Shown here in pieces: positions 55,201 through 64,000 of a stretch of 64,000 nt of DNA. The DNA lies in NCBI GenBank assembly GCA_950097015.1, contig CATNEN010000001.1, positions 15,004,001 through 15,068,000 on the forward strand, written 5' to 3'. Made by a program: the position numbers and the translations under genes. Source of the DNA: Macrostomum hystrix (Eukaryota; Animalia; Platyhelminthes). The first letter of the stretch is position 1. Each line of letters begins with the position of its first letter. Below the pieces are notes generated by a model. The model saw only the letters and a list, made by a program, of their open reading frames with translations. It did no database searches and was not told where the DNA came from.

Positions 55201-58200
55201 CCAAATACGACCAAGTAGAATTGAAAATGATTAACTTGATTTAACAGTTCGATAATTACAATTTGCGAAATGAGATTTGAATGGGAGAAATATGATTTAA
55301 ATGGGAGAAATGAGATTTGAATGGGAGAAATGAGATTTAAATAGGAGAAATGAGATTTGAATGGGAGAAATGAGATTGAATAGGAGAAATATGATTTAAA
55401 TGGGAGAAATGAGATTTGAATGGGAGAAATGAGATTTGAATGGGAGAAATGAGATTTGAATGGGAGAAATGAGATTTGAATGGGAGAAATGAGATTTGAA
55501 TGGGAGAAATGAGATTTGAATGGGAGAAATGAGATTTGAATGGGAGAAATGAGATTTAAATGGGAGAAATGAGATTTAAATAGGAGAAATGAGATTTGAA
55601 TAGAAGAAATGAGATTTGAATAGGAGAAATGAGATTTGAATAGGATAAATAAGATTAGATTGGGAGAAATGAGATTTAAATGGGAGAAATGAGATTTTAT
55701 AATGAGATAAACTTTAATGTTTAAAGAGATTTTGGGATGCGAAGGGAAAAATGGGATTGGAATGTTGAAAACCTGAATTTAAGGGAAGAAATCTAAAGAT
55801 TTCAAAGGCAGGCTTAGAGTGGCTACTGGCTAATCATATCGCCAAATCTCGCATACACACACAAATACACTTAAGCCGCAAGATACAAACCCTACAGTCA
55901 TCTAGTCAGACAAAAAATCCTCGCGGGTAAGTAATCCCTACAAAGCAGATTACAGAAGCTTGAAAAATGAGCGCTAGGTCCCTTATAACTGGTATGATTT
56001 TACCTGCTACAAATGAATCTTAACTACAAACTATCCGCCTGCCCCAACAGAAAAAAATCCCTCAACTGTGACTAAAACCCCATACAATTGCCAACATCCC
56101 GTACAAACTGGAATAGCAAGTACGACTGTAAAAGCATTCACAAGCAAGCTAAATCGATATCCTGAACTACGGAATTCTGTTCTCTCTCCGAATCTCACAG
56201 AAACCCGAATTCTGTTCTCTCTCTCCGAATCTCACAAACCCGAATTCTGTTCTCTCTCCGAATCTCACAGAAACCCGAATTCTGTTCTCTCTCTCCGAAT
56301 CTCACAAACCCGAATTCTGTTCTCTCTCCGAATCTCACAGAAACCCGAATTCTGTTCTCTCTCTCCGAATCTCACAGAAACCCGAATTCTGTTCTCTCTC
56401 TCCGAATCTCACAGAAACCCGAATTCTGTTCTCTCTCTCCGAATCTCACAGAAACCCGAATTCTGTTCTCTCTCTCCGAATCTCACAGAAACCCGAATTC
56501 TGTTCTCTCTCTCCGAATCTCACAGAAACCCGAATTCTGTTCTCTCTCTCTCCGAATCTCACAGAAACCCGAATTCTGTTCTCTCTCTCTCTCCGAATCT
56601 CACAGAAACCCGAATTCTGTTCTCTCTCTCCGAATCTCACAGAAACCCGAATTCTGTTCTCTCTCTCCGAATCTCACAGAAAACCCGAATTCTGTTCTCT
56701 CTCTCCGAATCTCACAGAAACCCGAATTCTGTTCTCTCTCCGAATCTCACAGAAACCCGAATTCTGTTCTCTCTCTCCGAATCTCATAGAAACCCGAATT
56801 CTGTTCTCTCTCTCCGAATCTCACAGAAACCCGAATTCTGTTCTCTCTCTCTCTCTCTCTCTCCGAATCTCACAGAAACCCGAATTCTGTTCTCTCTCTC
56901 TCCGAATCTCACAGAAACCCGAATTCTGTTCTCTCTCTCCGAATCTCACAGAAACCCGAATTCTGTTCTCTCTCTCTCTCCGAATCTCACAGAAACCCGA
57001 ATTCTGTTCTCTCTCTCCGAATCTCACAAAAACCCGAATTCTGTTCTCTCTCTCCGAATCTCACAGAAACCCGAATTCTGTTCTCACCGAATCTCACAGA
57101 AACTCGAATTCTGTTCTCTCTCTCCGAATCTCACAAAAACCCGAATTCTGTTCTCTCTCTCCGAATCTCACAAAAACCCGAATTCTGTTCTCTCTCTCCG
57201 AATCTCACAGAAACCCGAATTCTGTTCTCTCTCTCCGAATCTCACAAAAACCCGAATTCTGTTCTCTCTCTCCGAATCTCACAAAAACCCGAATTCTGTT
57301 CTCTCTCTCCGAATCTCACAGAAACCCGAATTCTGTTCTCACCGAATCTCACAGAAACTCGAATTCTGTTCTCTCTCTCCGAATCTCACAAAAACCCGAA
57401 TTCTGTTCTCTCTCTCCGAATCTCACAGAAACCCGAATTCTGTTCTCTCTCCGAATCTCACAAACCCGAATTCTGTTCTCTCTCTCTCCGAATCTCACAG
57501 AAACCCGAAATACGTTTTTTCCAGTCTCATTATTCTGAAAAAAAATTTTTATAAATAAAAATGAAAGTATTTGAGCATGCAGAAAAAATCTAACCAGAAA
57601 GAATAAACAAAATGATGAGTCCAAAATCAATAGGTTTATTTTGCTTTTAACTTAATAATAGGATCTTACTCGCCAAGTGCCATAATGTGGTGGCTAAAAT
57701 AGTGTTTTTAAAAAGTTTTTCGAATTAATTAGTTTAGTAAGCTTTCATTTAAAACTTGCTAGTGTGTTAAAATTACAAATAAAAAGTAGATTTTACAAAT
57801 TCGCTTTGTGTAAATCAATAATTTCTCACCTGCACACTGGATGGATTGAAGAATCCGCCACCAGTGACAAATCTTGACGAATCGCTGGCTGCTGGCGGCA
57901 GTGGCTGAGGCTGACGCTGAAGGAATTATATTGAAGAAGTTTAACTTGGCTTCAGTTAATTATTACGGGGCTTCTGATCCCAATCCCACACAGATCTCAG
58001 ATGGGATTCTGATCCCAATCCCACACAGATCTCAGATGGGATTCTGATCCCAATCCCACACAGATCTCAGATGGGATTCTGATCCCAATCCCACACAAAT
58101 ATCAGATGGGATTCTGATCCCAATCCCACACAAATATTAGATGGGATTCTGATCCCAATCCCACACAGATTTCAGATGGGATTCAGATCCCAATCCCACA

Positions 58201-59630
58201 CAGATCTCAGATGGGATTCTGATCACAATCCCACAAAAATCTCAGATGGGATTCTGGTCCCAATCCCACAAAAATCTCAGATGGGATTCTGATCCCAATC
58301 CCACACAGATTTCAGATGGGATTCTGATCCCAATCCAAAAAACTTCAGATGGGATTCTGATCCCAATCCAAAAAATCTCAGATGGGATTCTGATCCCAAT
58401 CCAAAAAACTTCAGATGGGATTCTGATCCCAATCCAAAAAATCTCAGATGGGATTCTGATCCCAATCCAAAAAACCTCAGATGGGATTCTGATCCCAATC
58501 CAAAAAACCTGAGATGGGATTCTGATCCCAATCCAAAAAACCTCAGATGGGATTCTGATCCCAATCCAAAAAATCTCAGATGGGATTCTGATCCCAATGC
58601 AAAAAACCTCAGATGGGATTCTGATCCCAATCCAAAAAACCTCAGATGGGATTCTGATCCCAATCCAAAAAACCTCAGATGGGATTCTGATCCCAATCCA
58701 AAAAACCTCAGATGGGATTCTGATCCCAATCCAAAAAACCTCAGATGGGATTCTGATCCCAATCCAAAAAACCTCAGATGGGATTCTGATCCCAATCCAA
58801 AAAACCTGAGATGGGATTCTGATCCCAATCCAAAAAACCTGAGATGGGATTCTGATCCCAATCCAAAAAACCTGAGATGGGATTCTGATCCCAATCCAAA
58901 AAACCTCAGGTGCGATTCTGATCCCAATCCAAAAAACCTCAGGTGCGATTCTGATCCCAATCCAAAAAACCTCAGGTGGGATTCTGATCCCAATCCAAAA
59001 AACCTCAGATGGGATTCTGATCCCAATCCCACACAGATTTCAGATGGGATTCTGATCCCAATCCAAAAAACCTCAGATGGGATTCTGACCCCAATCCAAA
59101 AAACCTCAGATGGGATTCTGATCCCAATCCAAAAAACCTCAGGTGGGATTCTGATCCCAATCCAAAAAACCTCAGATGATAATCTAATCCCAATGCCTCT
59201 AAATTCTCAGAGTGGATTCTGATCCCAATTCTCACCTCAATAGACTGACTTCTGTCCGATTCAGATTGAGCAGATGATGCATAGTGCTGGGGTGTCTGAA
59301 AAAAGATTAGTAAAAGTTATGATCAAGCTAATGAGCAATAGGCTTAATTAAGCCTAAAAATTGAAAAAAAGAACACGATTTTGACCAACCAGAAAACGGG
59401 CCAAAGGGATAATATCACCATAGGGTGGCCGTTCCCACACTGTCACACCGGTGAGGTAATTGTAGTAATAGTGTCTATCAGTTGCTTGATCGTAGAACTC
59501 CCACCATTGATTGCGATCCAGCGGTTTAACTCGACTGCCCTCTGGCGGCGCCTCTGAGCACTCGCCCGAGTCCAGGTTAACAAACATGCGCAACTGAGTC
59601 TGGCGATCGCAGATCTCAACCCAATCGTAA
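43228..59630 (-). CDS. ARHGAP39: ARHGAP39/Vilse-like WW-WW-MyTH4-RhoGAP. Exons 59630-59390, 59295-59236, 57916-57830, 45865-44837, 44181-43228; start exon not identified
   Basis: Tandem WW region YDWVEI..RMFVNLDSGEC..NQWWEFYD..YYYNYLTGVTVWERP..DIIPLA; MyTH4 FKAIQRYMGDR..MRDEQLMQLCRQLTNNP..GWELLAICLAFFPPS; RhoGAP FGCSL..TEGIFR..WLRELAEPLIP. Phase-0 GT-AG junctions; polyQ (CAG) tracts in the linker. Confidence 0.9.
44290..44605 (-). mobile_element. tRNA-derived SINE-like element (family A) in an ARHGAP39 intron
   Basis: The minus-strand head GGCAGAGCGGTTAACGTG...GAGCTCGATTCC resembles Pol III A and B boxes; a second copy lies at 22295-22392. Confidence 0.65.
44606..44790 (+). mobile_element. 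tRNA-derived SINE (family B)
   Basis: A box TAGCCTAGTGG and B box GGTTCGATTCC, followed by a non-tRNA body containing TTCACCCAGCTGTTAAATGGGCACC, which resembles conserved invertebrate SINE central domains. No acceptor stem. Confidence 0.7.
46048..49655. repeat. 30-bp minisatellite A(T/C)CTATCTTATGATGCTCCATG(TC/AA)TAACAG, with 35-bp and 28-bp variants
   Basis: About 118 copies; source of the spurious MEHHKIDLLD ORFs. Confidence 0.97.
50570..51248. repeat. 21-bp minisatellite ACTACAGACAGAATAGCTGAC
   Basis: About 32 copies. Confidence 0.95.
51742..54125. repeat. 23-bp minisatellite GATTTCTGACGACATTCCAACAA
   Basis: About 100 copies with repeated variant blocks. Confidence 0.95.
55266..55700. 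repeat. 20-bp minisatellite GAGAAATGAGATTTGAATGG
   Basis: About 21 copies. Confidence 0.93.
56170..57510. repeat. ~37-bp minisatellite CCGAATCTCACAGAAACCCGAATTCTGTT(CT)n
   Basis: Direct copies with a variable CT tract. Confidence 0.95.
57970..59240. repeat. 33-34-bp minisatellite GATGGGATTCTGATCCCAATCCAAAAAACCTCA filling an ARHGAP39 intron
   Basis: About 37 copies running up to the donor at 59235. Confidence 0.95.
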
Positions 59631-60194
59631 CTATTTAAGGAAAAGGATGAAATATATTTTATGCACAATACAAGCCAAATAATAGAATGGGGCTAATCTG
59701 TTTGCTGTTGTGTCACTGCCTATACACCAGGCCCAACAGGACTAAGTAAGATTTTTATCTGTTATCTTATAGATAATTAAGAAGAATTTAAATAAGATTT
59801 TTTGCTAAATATGGCTAGAAAAAAACGAGTTTAATATGTATAAAAAAGATAACAACCAAAATACATAACTCTAATGGATTTGAAATTCCGGTTTGACAGT
59901 GTGTGATATAATATTTCAACTGTTAAATTCATTTGTAGATGTCCATTTCTAACTTTAAGAAGACAAAAAAGACAACTAGCAAATGTCACTTTCTTTAAGC
60001 TCATATGGACAAACAAAATTTTACAGTTCTCTAGAGTGTTGGGTGCACTTTACCAAAAATTAATGTCCATTTAGTAACAATAAAATTAGATAATAAAAAA
60101 ATAGTCACAGTCATTACTTTTTTGTTTCTTTGTTTTATATACACATAAATATATATAGAATTTTTTAAACCTGTTATAAATATGTGCATTACTC

Positions 60195-60978
60195 ATACAA
60201 AGGGCACTAGCAAGGATGGTGACACTACTTTCTACAACACCATCTAAATTGCCTAAAGCAGCAGTTAGCTTAAAGAATAACTATCAATGATCTATATTAG
60301 TGTTGACTTTTTAATCTTGCGCTTTTATTAGCTGACTGATGGCCCCTCGAGTGATGATATCCATGGACATAAATTGCAATTTCATTAGCTGTGGGAGACA
60401 GATTGCAGTCTAAAGCTGCAAATTGCATAATAAAATCATAGACAATCCTGCAATCCCTCTGCTTAATCAGTCTTTAAGCAAATCAGTTCACCAATTGGCA
60501 CAAGTTAACCATTCAGTAACCATTCAATAGAGTGTGCTTTGCTCACAGGAATTCTGCTCCGTCTATTGGCAGGCCATCAATGAGCTCCTGAAGAAGTGTG
60601 CCAAAGGTGATTGCCATCAAGGGTGAGTACATTGAGGGAATAAAGGAGGATTGCGATAATTGTGATGACATTTGATTCTTTTGCTTGAGATGTTTAAAGA
60701 ATGGTTATGTCCCTTTTTGGCCCCTGACCCTCTAATCCTAGTGGCTTTTAACTTTAATATTTTATCAGCTAGTGAAAATAGCAATTTATGTCCATGGATA
60801 TCATCACTCAAGGGGCCATAACTCAGCTAATAAAAGAGGAAGAGAAAATTTTCAACACTCATCTAGACCATTGATAGTTTTTAATTTTAAAAGCTAACTG
60901 CTGATTTACGCAATTTAGATGGTGTTGTAGAAAGTATTGCCCAAACAATCGCTATCCCAGCTAGCACCCTTTGTATCA
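60195..60978. mobile_element. Decayed non-autonomous element with ~200-bp imperfect inverted repeats
   Basis: 60195-60392 is the imperfect reverse complement of 60767-60978, e.g. TTTCTACAACACCATCTAAATTGC / GCAATTTAGATGGTGTTGTAGAAA and GAGTGATGATATCCATGGACATAAATTGC / GCAATTTATGTCCATGGATATCATCACTC. Confidence 0.7.
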
Positions 60979-62300
60979 TATGTTGTGATTTCCAAGATCC
61001 TCCAATTTTTTAGTCTGTTATGACTATCACTCTCACTGATTTTTATAATTTTCAGCTTGGGTTTAGTAGCTAAGCAATCACATATGAGATTTAGAAAATT
61101 GATGAAAAAAACTATTTTTGTTGGAGTAAAGTAACATACTTTAGTCAGTTTTGGGATTAACCAATAAATTTGACAAATTTGTTCACAAAAAAACGAAAAC
61201 ATAATATCAAAATGAATGCAAATGGTTATCCCCTAAAACAAAGAAATTGAAATATATAGTTGCTAAATATAAATGACTATAATTTATACTAGTAAGTAGA
61301 AAAAACTATTTGGAAATGCACACTGTTGGTAACCACTTGTTACAATAATTTCTGTTACCAGCCCAAGGTAACTGGACAAAGTAGGCCTAACCTAGCAAAA
61401 AAGTAACAATCATAACCAAATTGGTAGGGACTCCAGTGAGTGAATAAGCAATGGAAAAAATGAAGAAACAATAGAAATCAATGCAATGTTCTGAAGAAAA
61501 AAGAATTGAAATATTTTGGTCAGAAAAGAAAGCTTATCATCAATAGAAAGAAGATAAAATTTACTTTCCAACGAGTTTTTTTACGCTACAATAGGTGCAA
61601 TAACAAGAAAGTTATACAGTGTCAAAGTTTGTTATTTCTTTGAAAAATAATTGTCATGTGATTAAAAAGTCAAAAAACAAACATACGTAGATTTAGAAAA
61701 TTTAAGTTATGTGTTGATTCTGAGTCAAACAAAGTAATTATTCAGAAAGAGAATATAAAGTTCTGTAAAAGAAAAGTAATTATTTGTTTATATTTTTTCT
61801 TCATAAATTTTCTGTTTGAAAGTTTCATCTTTTGTTTTTGACCATTGTTTATAGTGTTTTCTAAGTGTATCCCATTAAAAATGTTACATAGAATTTTATG
61901 TAGAATATGATATACTCAAACCTTTTTATTTTCCTTTAGCAGAATCTCCCAGAAACATGTTTCTCGAATGTGCCCATTTTACACATTTCAGATGGCTTTT
62001 GCAATTGGCTGTAAATAGTAAATTGATGTCTATGCGACGTCTATTTGTTAAGCTATGGAATAGGTATGGCTTTGCCACTTCTTTAATGACAAAAGAGTTT
62101 TATATTGTAAACAAATAAACACATCTTGTCAGCATAGTAATCCTATGCAATGTAAAATCATAATTTAATACTTTAATACTGAGTGTTAATAGAAGATATA
62201 TATGTTCCAAATCAATTAAAAAAAACAATTAAAGTTTTTGCAATTTTTTTGTTTTCCAAGTCAAATCTATCCTGTCATCTGAATCACAGCCCCTTATAGG

Positions 62301-62865
62301 CCATAGTCCGGATCATGCTGGACTTACGCCGGAGGAAAAATCCAACATTTTTTGGCACTTACACCAGACTTACGCCAACCAAAAAAGGTCCCTCTGACTT
62401 ACGCCACCCAAAAAAAGGTCCTTCACAAATCATGTTAATCGGTGATTAATTAAATTCAGAAGTTGCAACTGTTTAAAAATCTCACAAGTTGCAAATTCTG
62501 AATCAAGTATCAAAGTAAGCATCTTAAAGCTAAAAAAACTTTTGCTATCCTACAATAGATATTCTGCTATCTAATTTATACGAACTGCAATATTTGAATG
62601 AACTTTGTTTTAATGCTGCTCCTAATTAACGCAAACATCATAATTAACGCAAATTTGTTATGTTCTATAGTGATACATTTGATCGTGGATGATCTCATTT
62701 GTGCTAACATTTACGCCACTTGATTTATGCCATGTACTTACGCCAAGCACTTACGCCAAGGCACATTTTGGCCTATACTTACGCCAAGCACTTACGCCAG
62801 CCTCCGATCCCAAACCAGATTTACGCCGGAGATCTCCGGCGTAAACGACATGATCCGGACTATGG
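62301..62865. mobile_element. 565-bp MITE (non-autonomous DNA transposon) with 17-bp TIRs and an 8-bp TSD
   Basis: TIRs CCATAGTCCGGATCATG / CATGATCCGGACTATGG; TSD CTTATAGG at 62293-62300 and 62866-62873; repeated internal TTACGCC motifs. Confidence 0.9.
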
Positions 62866-64000
62866 CTTATAGGAAAAATACAAATTACAAAAACAATTAA
62901 AATGTAGATCAAAAAAATGTTATAACTTTTTTATTACTTGACCAATTTTGATCAGTGAGGTGTCATTTAACTCACACAAGCAAGATCTGTAACACAAGAA
63001 AACCAAAAATATGGAATTTTTTTAATTTCTCACTGGAGCCCCTAACGCTAAAATTGGTATCTAGTAATTAGTAACAAGCATAACACTGCTTTAGGGCTCA
63101 TTCATAAGATAGTAGTGGCAGTGTAGAGTCTAAACTACTTATTAAATAACAAGTATGTAAATGTATCATAAGTAATAGCAAGTATAATTGTATAATAATA
63201 AGTTAGCTACATATCTACATGTGTTCATTTATAACACATTTCTGATAACCCTAGTGATCAGCTCTGCATCAAAATCCAAAAAGCACAATGCAATACAGGA
63301 TAATTTATGATTATGAAAAGTGTAAACGGAACTTACTTAAGGCACTTATTCATTTTTGTTTATTTTCTAGACTATATAGCCTATATTACACAGCAGTAAC
63401 AAGCCATCGGATCATCGACAAACACACATAGTCTAAGTCTAAAATCAGATAGTAAAAATTGACTTCGGTAGTACAACCCGAAAGTACGTTAAAAATTAAA
63501 AGCATACGAATTTTATCTCATTTTTGCACAGACGGCTATGCTTATCGGTACAAACATACACGGCAGTCGAATATGGTGCACGCTGATTGTGCGCTTCTGG
63601 TCTGTTTCTATGAAATTAATATTTTAATTTTAAAAGAAATGGTTTTAACAAATTTTAATAGTAATTTTCGTCAATAACTTAAAGTTTGCTGCTAAAAAGC
63701 CTTAAGACAAATAAAATGTTTTCTGTATTTAAAAATTTTCTTTCTATTATAACTTTTTCTGACATGTCTTTTCATAACATGGAGACATGTAATGTAACTG
63801 TTAAGAGTAAGTAATAAATTAGTTGGATTGTTCATTTACAAGTAGATAGGCAGGGTAGTAAAACTTTATTAACATTTTTGGTACCAAGTGTTTCCACCAT
63901 TCTCCGTCTTCTCGCCATCTCATATCACCCAAGGACCACTAGGACTGATTGTGTCCCCTCATAGGTGGTCCTTGATATCACTCCTGGGCTATAATCTATA

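Noticed and set aside
50440-57558. Long ORFs over the 21-, 23- and 37-bp arrays
   Set aside because: Open on both strands or in several frames; repeat artefacts inside the ARHGAP39 intron.
56170-59230. CRISPR-like palindromic 33-37-bp repeats
   Set aside because: Head-to-tail units with no unique spacers, no cas genes, and a eukaryotic intron context.

Overview
Eukaryotic (animal) genomic DNA. GC-richer exons sit in AT-rich introns, and roughly half the window (hand estimate about 34 kb) is minisatellite. The style resembles flatworm genomes such as Macrostomum (inference only). Four spliced genes were rebuilt by hand with phase-consistent GT-AG junctions: (1) the 3' half of cytoplasmic cysteinyl-tRNA synthetase (+, ~560-5279); (2) a quiver/sleepless-like Ly6 protein (-, 8852-11498, first exon not found); (3) a complete CRACR2A/RASEF-type EF-hand, coiled-coil, Rab GTPase (-, 31497-38214); (4) an ARHGAP39-like WW-MyTH4-RhoGAP (-, 43228-59630, first exon not found). 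Also present: about 30 distinct tandem arrays, tRNA-derived SINE-like copies, one intact MITE with an 8-bp TSD and one decayed inverted-repeat element. Most notable: several intronic minisatellites appear to be tandem amplifications of their host intron's own splice signals. The clearest is 17 copies of the CysRS acceptor plus exon start (CAG|GTACTT, a possible recursive-splicing ratchet); donor and branch-point cases also occur. Two array families form nearby inverted (foldback) pairs. Nearly all long ORFs in the ORF track are repeat artefacts.
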